From the NCBI GenBank assembly GCA_043822625.1, contig JBDRBQ010000111.1, positions 1-62,771 of the forward strand: a DNA stretch of 62,771 bases, in the 5' to 3' direction. Shown here piece after piece: positions 18,925 through 30,305 of this stretch. The notes below the pieces were generated by a model that did no database searches, was not told the origin of the DNA, and worked only from the letters and a program-made list of their open reading frames with translations. The DNA is from Candidatus Omnitrophota bacterium (GTDB taxonomy: Bacteria > Omnitrophota > Gorgyraeia > DAOVKU01). How positions within the stretch are numbered: position 1 is the first letter of the stretch; the number at the start of each line of letters is the position of its first letter. A program made the translations under genes and the position numbers.

Positions 18925-20010
18925 ATGAAAACAGTAAAAGCGTTGCTTGTTTTAGAAGATGGGAAAGTTTTTGAAGGTTTTTCTTTTGGCGCCGGCGGCC
19001 AAAGATTCGGAGAAGTGGTTTTTAACACCGGCATGGCAGGTTATCAGGAAATTCTTACCGATCCTTCCTACAAAGGGCAGATTGTCTGCATGACTTATCC
19101 TCTCATCGGCAATTACGGCGTAAATCAGCAGGACATAGAATCCAGAAAGCTTTTCTTGGAGGCGTTTGTCGTAAGAGAAGCGAGCACTGTTGCCAGTAAT
19201 TGGCGTTCTGAGAAAGGGTTAAGTCAGTATCTCAAAGAAAATAATGTTATTGGAATAGAGGGAGTGGATACCCGCGCTTTGACCCGCCACATAAGGCTTC
19301 ATGGAGCCATGAAGGCCGTTATTTCTACCGAAGAGTTTGATGTTAAAAAATTGGTTAAAAGAGCCGCTGAATCGCAGGGTTTGGTTGGCAGAGATTTGGT
19401 TAAAGAGGTCACTTTCGGTAAAATTCAGCATCTTAATAAAAAAGGCAAATATAAAGTCGTAGTCTTGGACTGCGGCGTCAAATCAAATATTTTAAGAGAA
19501 TTGGTAAAAAGAAAATGCGCGCTTACTATTGTGCCGGCGCAGACTACCGCTCGCGAAATTCTGGCTTTTGCGCCGGACGGAGTTTTGCTTTCCAACGGTC
19601 CAGGGGATCCGGCGGCAGTAACTTATGTTGTCGAAACCGTAAAAAGTTTATTAGGCAAAGTGCCTGTTTTTGGGATATGTCTCGGGCATCAGATGCTGGG
19701 TATGGCCTTGGGATATAAAACGTATAAACTTAAGTTTGGACATCATGGCGTGAATCATCCGGTAAAAGATTTGAATACGGGTAGAATTGCCATAACTTCC
19801 CAGAATCACGGTTTTTGCGTAGACATTAAAGAGAAAAACACAAATATAGAAATGACTCATGTGAATTTAAATGACGGGACATGTGAAGGCATAAGGCATA
19901 AAAAGCTGGATGCTTTTTCAGTGCAGTTTCATCCTGAAGCCGGTCCCGGACCCAACGACGCGAAATATTTATTTGATGAATTTATAAATATGATGAAAGG
20001 GAATAAATAA
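18925..20010 (+). CDS. carA: Carbamoyl-phosphate synthase small (glutaminase) subunit
   Basis: Start taken at ATG 18925 (MKTVKALLVLEDG); the track start 18877 is an upstream extension. Class-I GATase triad context GICLGHQ and HPE. Confidence 0.92.
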   Translation: MKTVKALLVLEDGKVFEGFSFGAGGQRFGEVVFNTGMAGYQEILTDPSYKGQIVCMTYPLIGNYGVNQQDIESRKLFLEAFVVREASTVASNWRSEKGLSQYLKENNVIGIEGVDTRALTRHIRLHGAMKAVISTEEFDVKKLVKRAAESQGLVGRDLVKEVTFGKIQHLNKKGKYKVVVLDCGVKSNILRELVKRKCALTIVPAQTTAREILAFAPDGVLLSNGPGDPAAVTYVVETVKSLLGKVPVFGICLGHQMLGMALGYKTYKLKFGHHGVNHPVKDLNTGRIAITSQNHGFCVDIKEKNTNIEMTHVNLNDGTCEGIRHKKLDAFSVQFHPEAGPGPNDAKYLFDEFINMMKGNK

Positions 20011-20011
20011 T

Positions 20012-20050
20012 CAAGATACTTGCCTACGGTAGGCAGATGTTTGTATCTTG
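20012..20050. repeat. Compound palindrome in the carA-carB spacer (outer CAAGATAC/GTATCTTG, inner TGCCTAC-GG-TAGGCA)
   Basis: Read directly. The outer right arm is followed by a tandem duplication, TATCTTG TATCTTG. Confidence 0.5.
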
Positions 20051-20081
20051 TATCTTGGTTAATTATTATTTTTGAAAAACA

Positions 20082-23000
20082 ATGCCAAAACGTAAAGATA
20101 TACACAAAATTTTAATTATCGGTTCAGGGCCTATTGTAATCGGTCAAGCCTGCGAATTCGATTATTCAGGCACGCAAGCCTGTAAAGCTCTTAAAGAAGA
20201 AGGTTTTAAAGTAGTTTTAATTAATTCGAATCCCGCTACCATAATGACCGATCCCGAGCTTGCCGACGCTACTTATATTGAGCCCATAACGGTGGATGTG
20301 CTTGAAAAAATCATAAAAAAAGAAAGGCCTGATGCCGTTCTCCCGACGATGGGAGGGCAGACAGCCCTAAATGCGGTCATGAAGGCGGTAGAAAAAGGCA
20401 TTTTCGATAAGTATAAAGTCAAGATGATCGGCGCTAGTTATGAGGCTATAAAAACAGCCGAGGACCGCAAATATTTTAAAAAAGCCATGCAGGAAATAGG
20501 ATTGGATTTGCCTAAAAGCGCGTTGGCTTATAATATGAAAGAGGCTAAGGGCGCGCTTAAAAAAATAGGCCTGCCGGTTATTATCAGGCCCAGTTTTACC
20601 CTTGGCGGTACCGGCGGCGGCATAGCTATGACCGAAGAAGAGTTTGAAAGAATAGCGGATTTGGGTTTAAAAAACAGTATGATTAGCGAGATATTGGTAG
20701 AAGAATCGGTTATCGGATGGAAGGAATATGAGCTTGAAGTTATGCGAGATTCCATGGATAACGTTGTTATAATATGTTCTATTGAAAATTTCGATCCGAT
20801 GGGAATTCATACCGGCGATTCTATAACAGTCGCCCCTGCCCAGACTTTAACCGACATTGAATACCAGAAAATGCGCGACGCTTCCTGCGCCATCATAAGA
20901 AAAATAGGTGTCGAGACCGGAGGTTCGAATATCCAGTTCGCGGTAAATCCCAAAAACGGCAGGATGGTCGTTATCGAAATGAATCCCAGAGTTTCACGCA
21001 GTTCCGCTTTGGCTTCCAAGGCTACCGGTTTTCCGATAGCGAAATTCGCCGCGAAATTGGCGGTGGGATATTCTTTAGATGAAATAAAAAATGATATTAC
21101 CAAAGAAACTCCGGCTTCTTTCGAGCCTGCCATAGATTACTGCGTGGTTAAAATTCCGAGATTTACATTCGAGAAATTCCCTGAGGCGAAGGACATTTTA
21201 GGTATTTCCATGAAGTCGGTTGGCGAAACTATGGCTATTGGCAGGACTTTTAAGGAAGCTCTGCAAAAAGGTTTAAGAGGACTTGAAATTGGTCACTGCG
21301 GTCTGGATAATAAAAAAAATTACAGGCGTATTCCGGATGAAAAAATCGAACTCAGGCTGAAAGAACCCAACGCGTCGAGAATATTTTACATAAAATACGC
21401 TCTTCAGAAAGGTTTCAGCGTAGAGGAAATTGTAAAACTTACCATGATAGACCCGTGGTTTATTCAAAATATAAAAGAAATCGTTGATGTCGAGAAACAA
21501 TTGTCGGGCATTGATTTTAAGTCCGCGGGAAAAGAAAATAAATTTGATAGAAGTTTAGTATTAAAAGCAAAACAATTTGGATTCAGCGATAAACAGATTG
21601 GAGAATTAACAGACACCGATGAACTTACGGTAAGAAAATTAAGGAAGAAAGCGGGCATAGAAACTACTTTTAAACTGGTTGATACATGCGCCGCGGAGTT
21701 TGAGGCTTACACGCCGTATTATTATTCGACTTATGAAACCGAAGACGAAGCGCGTGTTTCGAAAAAGAAAAAGATAATGATTTTGGGCGGCGGTCCCAAC
21801 AGGATAGGTCAGGGTATAGAATTCGATTATTGCTGTTGTCACGCTTCTTTTGCTCTGAAAGAATTGGGTTATGAAACTATTATGGTTAATTCCAATCCCG
21901 AGACGGTTTCGACAGATTATGATACTTCCGATAAACTTTATTTCGAGCCGCTGACTTTCGAAGATGTGATGAATATCGTGGATAAAGAAAAGCCTGACGG
22001 GGTGATAGTGCAGTTTGGCGGGCAGACGCCTCTTAATTTAGCGAGAAAACTTAAACACGCGGGCGTAAAAATAATAGGTACATCCGTGGATTCTATAGAC
22101 CTTGCCGAAGACCGTGATAAGTTTTCCAAATTGATAGAAGAACTAAAAATAAATCAGTCTCCCAACGGCTCGGCGGTTTCGAAAGAAGAGGCGCTGAAAA
22201 TCGCGCGCAAAATCGGTTATCCTGTATTGGTCAGGCCTTCGTATGTTTTGGGCGGCAGAGCGATGAAAATAGTTTACGACGAAAAATCGTTGAGGGTGTT
22301 TATCAAAGAAGCGAAAGAAGTTTCCGAGGAAAGTCCTATTTTGATAGATAAATTTCTGGAAGACGCGGTAGAAGTTGACGTGGACGCGATTTCCGACGGC
22401 AAAAAAACGGTAATCGGCGGGATTATGGAACACATAGAGGAAGCCGGTATTCATTCTGGAGATTCGGCATCTGTTCTTCCCCCGCATACGTTAAGTGATG
22501 AAATTATTGCCGATATAAGAGAGTGTACTTATAAAATAGCTAAAGCATTAAAAGTCATCGGACTTTTGAATATACAATTCGCGGTTAAAGGAGACATTGT
22601 TTACGTTCTGGAAGTCAATCCCAGGGCATCGCGCACTGTTCCTTTTGTAAGCAAAACAACCGGAGTTCCTCTGGCGAAAATAGCGGCAAAGGTCATGACG
22701 GGAAAAACATTGCATGAACTTAAATTTACCGCGGGAAAAATTCCCCGGCATTTTGCTGTCAAAGAATCGGTTTTGCCTTTTTCCAGATTTTCAGGCGTGG
22801 ATATAATTCTTGGCCCGGAAATGAAATCGACAGGGGAAGTTATGGGGATAGATGCCTCTTTTGGTATTGCTTTTTATAAATCGCAGGTAGCCGCCGGACA
22901 GATTCTGCCGGTTAAGGGGAAAATTTTTATAAGCGTTAAAAACAGCGATAAAAGAAATATTGTTTTTGTCGCGAAAAAACTTTATGATATGGGATTTGAG

Positions 23001-23318
23001 ATTTTGGCAACAAGGGGAACGGAGAAAGTACTACAGGCTAATAATATAGAAGTTGAAGTGGTCGGCAAAATTGCCGAAGGCCACAATGATATACTGGAGT
23101 TGATTAAAAAAGGACAATTGAAATTGGTTATAAATACCCCTTCGGGACAGAAGGGGCAGTCGGATATGAAATCTATACGCAGTTTGGCCGTGGCGCACGG
23201 TGTTCCCTGCATAACTACCATCCAGGGCGCGCAGGCGGCTGTCAATGGTATGGAAGCGGTAAAAGAAAAAGATTTTAAAGTAAAGTCTATACAGGAATAT
23301 ATAGAAGAATCAAAATGA
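20082..23318 (+). CDS. carB: Carbamoyl-phosphate synthase large subunit
   Basis: 1078 aa. Duplicated ATP-grasp halves ([21 protein letters not shown] and [21 protein letters not shown]) and a C-terminal MGS-like domain. Confidence 0.97.
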   Translation: MPKRKDIHKILIIGSGPIVIGQACEFDYSGTQACKALKEEGFKVVLINSNPATIMTDPELADATYIEPITVDVLEKIIKKERPDAVLPTMGGQTALNAVMKAVEKGIFDKYKVKMIGASYEAIKTAEDRKYFKKAMQEIGLDLPKSALAYNMKEAKGALKKIGLPVIIRPSFTLGGTGGGIAMTEEEFERIADLGLKNSMISEILVEESVIGWKEYELEVMRDSMDNVVIICSIENFDPMGIHTGDSITVAPAQTLTDIEYQKMRDASCAIIRKIGVETGGSNIQFAVNPKNGRMVVIEMNPRVSRSSALASKATGFPIAKFAAKLAVGYSLDEIKNDITKETPASFEPAIDYCVVKIPRFTFEKFPEAKDILGISMKSVGETMAIGRTFKEALQKGLRGLEIGHCGLDNKKNYRRIPDEKIELRLKEPNASRIFYIKYALQKGFSVEEIVKLTMIDPWFIQNIKEIVDVEKQLSGIDFKSAGKENKFDRSLVLKAKQFGFSDKQIGELTDTDELTVRKLRKKAGIETTFKLVDTCAAEFEAYTPYYYSTYETEDEARVSKKKKIMILGGGPNRIGQGIEFDYCCCHASFALKELGYETIMVNSNPETVSTDYDTSDKLYFEPLTFEDVMNIVDKEKPDGVIVQFGGQTPLNLARKLKHAGVKIIGTSVDSIDLAEDRDKFSKLIEELKINQSPNGSAVSKEEALKIARKIGYPVLVRPSYVLGGRAMKIVYDEKSLRVFIKEAKEVSEESPILIDKFLEDAVEVDVDAISDGKKTVIGGIMEHIEEAGIHSGDSASVLPPHTLSDEIIADIRECTYKIAKALKVIGLLNIQFAVKGDIVYVLEVNPRASRTVPFVSKTTGVPLAKIAAKVMTGKTLHELKFTAGKIPRHFAVKESVLPFSRFSGVDIILGPEMKSTGEVMGIDASFGIAFYKSQVAAGQILPVKGKIFISVKNSDKRNIVFVAKKLYDMGFEILATRGTEKVLQANNIEVEVVGKIAEGHNDILELIKKGQLKLVINTPSGQKGQSDMKSIRSLAVAHGVPCITTIQGAQAAVNGMEAVKEKDFKVKSIQEYIEESK

Positions 23319-23346
23319 CAAAGCAAAGATAGTTTTGAACCTATAG

Positions 23347-25020
<1,674 letters not shown>

Positions 25021-25065
25021 TTGCGACGGCTTCCCTGTTTTGTAAAGTAATAAGAATAATTTTTA

Positions 25066-25094
25066 TTGCCAAAGAAGATAGAATGTTGTAAAAT
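25066..25094 (+). promoter_or_regulatory. Candidate promoter for tRNA-Leu (TTGCCA-17 nt-TAAAAT)
   Basis: Hexamers and spacing read directly. It lies about 24 nt upstream of the tRNA 5' end. Confidence 0.4.
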
Positions 25095-25117
25095 CTGGGT
25101 TAATAATAATTTTCAAT

Positions 25118-25202
25118 GCCCCCGTGGCGGAATTGGCATACGCGGCAGGTTGAGGGCCTGTGCTCTTTGAGCGTGCTGGTTCGAGTCCAGTCGGGGGCAC
25201 CA
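25118..25202 (+). tRNA. tRNA-Leu (anticodon GAG), type II with a long variable arm and encoded CCA
   Basis: Manual fold. Acceptor GCCCCCG/CGGGGGC. Anticodon stem GCAGG/CCTGT with loop TTGAGGG. Long variable arm. T-arm GCTGG-TTCGAGT-CCAGT. Discriminator A plus CCA. Confidence 0.9.
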
Positions 25203-25248
25203 TTTTATTTATTAATGTTTTCGGGGAAATTTTTGGTATAATATTTAT

Positions 25249-26025
25249 ATGACTGATTATAATTCAAAGCCTATTATTAACTTGAGTGAGGATTTTACGC
25301 ACTTATCTAAGGCTCCTATTGTGGAAGCTGTCATTGATATTCGTATTACACCTAAAAATATCTTAGATGAGCATGCAGCGTTTCCTTTTTTTAAAGAGCG
25401 ATTGAGTGATTATTCTAAGCAAGAGAATATGAATGCTAAATCCCTACAAATTGAAGTTGGCAAAGAACGAAATGCTCCGGTTGTTAAAGATTTAGGATTT
25501 GTAGGAACTAAAGTTAGTTCGACATCCGAGCCATATATTGCCCAATTTTATAAAGAAGCATTCATTTTTAGCAGGCTTTCTCCTTACAACGAATGGAAAA
25601 TTTTTATGGCTGAAGCTATTAGGTTATGGGGGCTTTATTGCGAATTAGTTGAACCGGAAGAGATTCTAAGAATAGGCGTGCGATTTATAAACAAAATAGA
25701 TGTCATAGAAAGTCAGATAGAACTAAGTAATTATTATGAGAATGCCCCTGATTCAATAAAAAATACAGTTTGGCCTATACTTAACTATATGCATAAAGAT
25801 ACATATCAACCTACGCCCATTTACATAGTAAATATAATAAAAACTGTCAAGCATATTTCGGACAAATCTATAGCAGGCCTAATTTTGGATATAGATGTTA
25901 TTATGAACAAAAAATTCGGGAATGATTTAAAAAAAATAACAGATCATCTTATTTATATGAAATGGTTGAAGAATAAAGCATTTTTTAATAGTATAAAGCC
26001 TAATATAATAGAAAGGTATAAATAA
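25249..26025 (+). CDS. Uncharacterised protein, possibly TIGR04255-family-like
   Basis: 258 aa. The N-terminal L.KAPIVEAVIDIRI pattern and the length match what I remember of TIGR04255 proteins. AT-rich. First gene of a tight operon. Confidence 0.45.
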   Translation: MTDYNSKPIINLSEDFTHLSKAPIVEAVIDIRITPKNILDEHAAFPFFKERLSDYSKQENMNAKSLQIEVGKERNAPVVKDLGFVGTKVSSTSEPYIAQFYKEAFIFSRLSPYNEWKIFMAEAIRLWGLYCELVEPEEILRIGVRFINKIDVIESQIELSNYYENAPDSIKNTVWPILNYMHKDTYQPTPIYIVNIIKTVKHISDKSIAGLILDIDVIMNKKFGNDLKKITDHLIYMKWLKNKAFFNSIKPNIIERYK

Positions 26026-26026
26026 A

Positions 26027-26512
26027 ATGCCAATTCTTTTAGAGCCGAAAAGCGAATATTTAATAATGTCCGGACATGCCAGTGGTATTGGGGATGAAAC
26101 AGATAAAAAAATACAAGAAGATAATTTGCATATAGCAGAATCAGCTTATTTGTTTAGCTTTTCTTCCTGCTATGAAATGTTGTTTGAGATAGCAAGGGAT
26201 TGTTCAGAACCGGGTTGGGATGGTTATGACGCAGTTCCTATCTCAGGGGAAGTTTATCTTAAAATATTTACCTTAATTAACAATTTTTCTATAGGATTAC
26301 AAGCTCCTGAATTGGTACCAGAAAATGATGGGGCAATTACTCTTGAATGGCATAAGAACCATAAACAAGAAATATCAATTAGTATTAATCCGAATAATAT
26401 TGCATATTATGCTTGTTTGGATGGAAGCGAAAAAAAACATGGTTCATGTGTACTTCAAGAGAGCTTACCGCCTTTTTTAATAAACATGATAGACCAAATT
26501 TTAGATAGTTGA
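26027..26512 (+). CDS. Hypothetical protein (161 aa)
   Basis: Begins 1 nt after the stop of the upstream gene. It has a GWDGYDA.PI ... PENDGAITLEW pattern, but I can name no family. Confidence 0.5.
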   Translation: MPILLEPKSEYLIMSGHASGIGDETDKKIQEDNLHIAESAYLFSFSSCYEMLFEIARDCSEPGWDGYDAVPISGEVYLKIFTLINNFSIGLQAPELVPENDGAITLEWHKNHKQEISISINPNNIAYYACLDGSEKKHGSCVLQESLPPFLINMIDQILDS

Positions 26513-26515
26513 AAA

Positions 26516-26914
26516 ATGAATTATTCCTTTGTTAAAGACACAGAAATGTTGACAAGATTTGTATTTACTCCTCAACATATTGACAAAAGAGATGGTTCTA
26601 TTAAATGGCAAGCGTTTAAGCCTGCCTCTGATGGAACTTCTGTTACAAGACAAGATTATGTTTCGCCGGAAAAAATATTGCAGTTAGGGGTAGAGATTGC
26701 AAAAGCTCGTAAGCATTCTACGAAATTGCATAGTAAAGCTGAAATTCTGGCGCAAAATGCCCGCAAACTTAAAATTGATGTAACAGCAGCTCCGACTGCA
26801 AGAGATCCTAACCACGCTAATATTGTTAAGTGGCCTTCCGACAAAAATGAAGTAATGATGTTGTGCAAGGAATTGCTTATTGCATCAAGGCATGTTTTAT
26901 CTTATTTGCCGTAG
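26516..26914 (+). CDS. Hypothetical protein (132 aa)
   Basis: Begins 3 nt after the stop of the upstream gene. It has R.VF...H......WQAFKP...G.SV.R ... DPNHANI.WP, but I can name no family. Confidence 0.5.
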   Translation: MNYSFVKDTEMLTRFVFTPQHIDKRDGSIKWQAFKPASDGTSVTRQDYVSPEKILQLGVEIAKARKHSTKLHSKAEILAQNARKLKIDVTAAPTARDPNHANIVKWPSDKNEVMMLCKELLIASRHVLSYLP

Positions 26915-27112
26915 TATTTTTAAGGTGCAATATAATTTTTAGGGGAAAACCTGCCTGCGTTAGGCAGGCATCGGGTCCCGAATGTAGAAACTTCATTGAG
27001 AGTTTTTTCGGGATCCCGTTGCTTCGGGAGTTTTCTTTTAAGGAGTGAAGAGCGACGTTCGAGTCCATATTTGCATAGCGCAGAGAGCAATGGAAAGGGT
27101 AACCTCAAAATT

Positions 27113-27457
27113 ATGGTTGATTGTCTTTTCTGTAAAATCATAAAAAGAGAAATTCTAAGCGAAATTATTTATGAGAATGAAAAAGTCCTCGCCTTTAAAG
27201 ACATTAGTCCCAAAGCCCCGGTGCATGTTTTGATTATTCCAAAAAAGCATATAAGCGGAATTTTAGAATTAAATCAGGAAAATTCTTGTTTGGCCGGGGA
27301 AATGATTACGGCGGCTAAAGAAATAGCAGAATCGAGCGGTCTTAAAGATACAGGCTACCGATTGGTTTTTAACTGTGGTCCCGACGCGGGACAAGCGGTT
27401 TTTCATTTGCATCTTCATTTACTGGGGGGAAGAAAGTTAGGCTGGCCTCCGGGATAA
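27113..27457 (+). CDS. HIT family (histidine triad) protein
   Basis: Start taken at ATG 27113 (MVDCLFCKII); the 26996 start is an extension across repeat DNA. Histidine triad HLHLHLLGG. Confidence 0.85.
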   Translation: MVDCLFCKIIKREILSEIIYENEKVLAFKDISPKAPVHVLIIPKKHISGILELNQENSCLAGEMITAAKEIAESSGLKDTGYRLVFNCGPDAGQAVFHLHLHLLGGRKLGWPPG

Positions 27458-27481
27458 CTTTCGATTGAAGGGGGGGGGCGG

Positions 27482-28048
27482 ATGCTTGCAATTATTCCTA
27501 TCGGCAGAATCAGTGTCAGAATTTCGGATTATCTTCAACAGTATACGGCAGAAATTTTCAAGACAAAGGTCAAGGTTTTACCTCGAATTCGTGTTTCTCT
27601 AAAAGCCCGCAATAGTTTAAGAAAGCAATATAACGCGAACACCATACTGGAAATTATTTTAGCCGGTTTTAAAAGAAAAAATTTCGAAAAAATACTTGTC
27701 GTTATAGACAAAGATCTTTATGTGCCGGAACTTAATTTTATCTTTGGTATGGTGGAGAAAATCGGAGGACGAAAAGGCATTATTTCTGTTACGCGTTTAC
27801 GCGAAGAATTTTATTGCCGTCCTAAAGATGAGATTTTATTTTTCGAACGTGTTTTGAAGGAAGCTGTTCATGAGATAGGGCACCTATGCGGTATCAGTCA
27901 TTGCGGGAATCCGCGTTGTGTAATGTATTATTCGAATGGTGTATGGGATACGGATGCCAAAGACCACAACTTTTGCTATGCTTGCAGGGAAAGCCTTAAT
28001 GCTAAAACAAGTTTAAATGTCTGTTCATTATCTGATAGACGGTTATAA
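27482..28048 (+). CDS. Archaemetzincin-like zinc metallopeptidase (M54)
   Basis: 188 aa. HEIGHLCGISHCGNPRCVMYYSN...CYAC matches the archaemetzincin signature HEXXHXXGX3CX4CXMX17CXXC. Confidence 0.75.
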   Translation: MLAIIPIGRISVRISDYLQQYTAEIFKTKVKVLPRIRVSLKARNSLRKQYNANTILEIILAGFKRKNFEKILVVIDKDLYVPELNFIFGMVEKIGGRKGIISVTRLREEFYCRPKDEILFFERVLKEAVHEIGHLCGISHCGNPRCVMYYSNGVWDTDAKDHNFCYACRESLNAKTSLNVCSLSDRRL

Positions 28049-28517
28049 CCTTATGAATCAAATCCCCTCCATTTCTTCTGAAAAGCTGGAAGATGCACGG
28101 CAGAGCCTTGTGCGTTTTATAAAGAAAAATAATCTTACGGGCAGTTTTAGAAACGAGGTTACCATTGTTTTCGACGGTAAGGAAGAAGTTTTTAGCCTTT
28201 CAGTCGAGAAGGAGTTTAAAATTATTTTCAGCAAAGGAGAAATCGCCGACGATAAAATTAAAAGAATGATAGCTTCTTCTGAAAATCCGGCGAGAATAAT
28301 TTTGGTTACCAACGATAAAGACCTGGTCTTTTTCGCGAAAAATCACGGCGCTTATGTCCATTCCGTGAAGGTTTTTTTAAGTAAAGTTTCGAAGTCTGAA
28401 AATAAAAGTATCGCCGGAGGGCTAACCGATAAATCGAGACTGCCTTTTAGAAAAGCTCATGAAATAACGCAGGAACTTAAGAAAATTTGGCTGAACGGAG
28501 AAAAGGATAAAATTTAA
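28017..28517 (+). CDS. NYN-domain protein, YacP/Rae1-like
   Basis: 166 aa. LIDGYNLMN, TIVFDG and ADDKI...VTND follow the pattern of YacP-like NYN ribonucleases. Overlaps the upstream gene by 32 nt. Confidence 0.65.
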   Translation: MSVHYLIDGYNLMNQIPSISSEKLEDARQSLVRFIKKNNLTGSFRNEVTIVFDGKEEVFSLSVEKEFKIIFSKGEIADDKIKRMIASSENPARIILVTNDKDLVFFAKNHGAYVHSVKVFLSKVSKSENKSIAGGLTDKSRLPFRKAHEITQELKKIWLNGEKDKI

Positions 28518-28639
28518 AGTGAAGACGGAAAACGCGGTGAATGAAGCTCCGCGGGCTGGAGCCCGCAGTTTCTCGAGGCGAAATGCTGAGCCGGCCAAGC
28601 ACCATTCACACTATGAATGGTGCGGTTTTGGGGCCGCGA

Positions 28640-29308
28640 ATGTATAAAGATATTTTGTTGTCTATTTATGACCGCCTTTATAAAACTTTTGGTCCCCAGC
28701 ATTGGTGGCCGGGAGAAACTAAATTTGAAATTATGGTGGGGGCTATTTTGACGCAGAATACTTCATGGCAAAACGTCGAGAAGGCAATTGGAGAGCTTAG
28801 AAAAAGAGATATGCTTTCTTTTGATAAATTGAAGAAAGTGCCTGTCAAAGAATTAGCTTCTTTAATAAAAAGCTGCGGGTATTATAATGTAAAAGCGAAA
28901 AGGCTTAAAAGTTTTTTTGATTTTCTGGCAGAAAAGGGTGGGGTAGACGGTGTTTTTAAAGAAGATTCTTTTGTTTTGCGCGGTCAATTGCTTAGAGTAA
29001 ACGGCATAGGACCGGAGACCGCGGATTCAATTTTGCTTTACGCCGGGCATATGCCTTTTTTTGTGGTGGACGCTTATACTAAAAGAATATTGAGAGCCCA
29101 CAAAATTATAGATGAAAAAGCGGGTTACGAAGAAGTCCAGAATTTGTTTATGGATAATTTAAAGTGCGATGAAAAATTATTTAACGAATATCACGCTTTG
29201 ATAGTAAGATTAGGCAAGGAATATTGTAAAACCAAACCTAAATGCGACAGATGTCCTTTAAAGGGAGTTAATGAAGAATGGCGAAAGCGCGAAATCCGGA
29301 AAACGTAA
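28640..29308 (+). CDS. Endonuclease III-related HhH-GPD protein
   Basis: Start taken at ATG 28640; the 28541 start runs through two palindromes. ILTQNTSWQNV, the HhH block VNGIGPETADSILLY, and the C-terminal Cys cluster C.....C..C. Confidence 0.75.
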   Translation: MYKDILLSIYDRLYKTFGPQHWWPGETKFEIMVGAILTQNTSWQNVEKAIGELRKRDMLSFDKLKKVPVKELASLIKSCGYYNVKAKRLKSFFDFLAEKGGVDGVFKEDSFVLRGQLLRVNGIGPETADSILLYAGHMPFFVVDAYTKRILRAHKIIDEKAGYEEVQNLFMDNLKCDEKLFNEYHALIVRLGKEYCKTKPKCDRCPLKGVNEEWRKREIRKT

Positions 29309-29814
29309 AATTAATAATTGGCTTGATTTCCAAAAAAGAATATTTAGAATCGGTCATCGGCATATTAAAGAAAAAAATCGGCGCGATTGATTTCTATTCT
29401 GATGTTTTTAATTTTACGCATACCGATTATTACTTTAAGGAAATGGGATCACCTCTTTGCCGGCAGTTTATAAGTTTTAAAAAATTGGTTTCACCGGTTT
29501 GTTTATGGAAGATGAAAAGATTTACTAATAAGCTTGAGAATAAATTTTTAAAAGAAGGCCGTCGCCAAATAAATATTGACCCCGGTTATCTTAATTTTTC
29601 GAAGCTGGTTTTGGCCTCGGCTAAAGATTTTGCGCACAGGATTTATTTGAATAAAGGCATATATGCCGAAATTACTTTGATATATCAGAACGAGGAGTAT
29701 CAAAAATTAGAATGGACGTTTCCCGATTACGCGAGTGAAACTTACCGACGCCTTTTTAAAGAAGTAAGGAATATTTATGCGAAGCAGGTTAAAGAAAGAA
29801 AAAATATTGGTTAG
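29278..29814 (+). CDS. DUF4416-like protein
   Basis: 178 aa. The F.FTHTDYY..EMG ... NIDPGYL ... HRIYL pattern resembles DUF4416 as I remember it. Confidence 0.55.
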   Translation: MAKARNPENVKLIIGLISKKEYLESVIGILKKKIGAIDFYSDVFNFTHTDYYFKEMGSPLCRQFISFKKLVSPVCLWKMKRFTNKLENKFLKEGRRQINIDPGYLNFSKLVLASAKDFAHRIYLNKGIYAEITLIYQNEEYQKLEWTFPDYASETYRRLFKEVRNIYAKQVKERKNIG

Positions 29815-30259
29815 CGCGTGTCTCTTTGGTATCGGATGCCGTTTCGACGGTAAAACCAAAGATTATGAAATAGCGCCTCGTCTTATGGATAAAGCAATAT
29901 GCTTTCCGGTATGTGCTGAGATTTTAGGCGGTTTTGGCGTACCGCGCCGGCGCATCGAAATAAAAGATGGGGACGGCAAAGACGTTTTAGAAGGCAAGGC
30001 GAAAGTTTTGACGCAAAAAGGGATTGATGTAACCAATGAAATGGTTAAAGCCGCGCGGGTAATACTTGAATTTTGCCTCAACGCGGATATAAAAAAAGCT
30101 GTTTTGAAAGAAAAAAGTCCTTCATGCGCGAAGCATTTTATACATGATGGTTGTTTCGCTAATAAAATAATAGAAGGGAAGGGAGTCTTAACGGCTTTGC
30201 TTGAACAATACGGTATAGAAGTTTTTTCCGAAACAGAAATTGATAAATTATGTCCTTAA
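29777..30259 (+). CDS. DUF523 domain protein (2-thiouracil desulfurase family)
   Basis: 160 aa. The N-terminal ILVSACLFGIGCRFDG is the DUF523 hallmark. Confidence 0.75.
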   Translation: MRSRLKKEKILVSACLFGIGCRFDGKTKDYEIAPRLMDKAICFPVCAEILGGFGVPRRRIEIKDGDGKDVLEGKAKVLTQKGIDVTNEMVKAARVILEFCLNADIKKAVLKEKSPSCAKHFIHDGCFANKIIEGKGVLTALLEQYGIEVFSETEIDKLCP

Positions 30260-30305
30260 CGTGTTTGGTCTGTGAAGTTTTACAGCGTGTCGTAAAAGGT
30301 AACTT

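Noticed and set aside
18726-19034. Minus-strand 102-aa ORF spanning the carA upstream region (...HRRSRAGGNPETQ...).
   Set aside because: It is created by the GC-rich palindrome at 18760-18777 and overlaps the carA 5' end. The peptide is the typical translation artefact of this repeat type.
27057-27067. An 11-nt match (GTTCGAGTCCA) to the T-arm of tRNA-Leu, considered as an attR direct repeat closing an integrated island.
   Set aside because: It is too short and not extended by the acceptor-stem sequence, and no integrase is present. I kept it only as a weak hint in the island finding, not as a feature.
26863-27141. Cluster of small overlapping ORFs on both strands (26863..27048+, 26877..27068-, 26920..27141-) and the long N-terminal extension of the HIT ORF from 26996.
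   Set aside because: The region is repeat/hairpin DNA (26950-26968, 26973-27018). The ORFs overlap one another. The HIT domain starts cleanly at ATG 27113.
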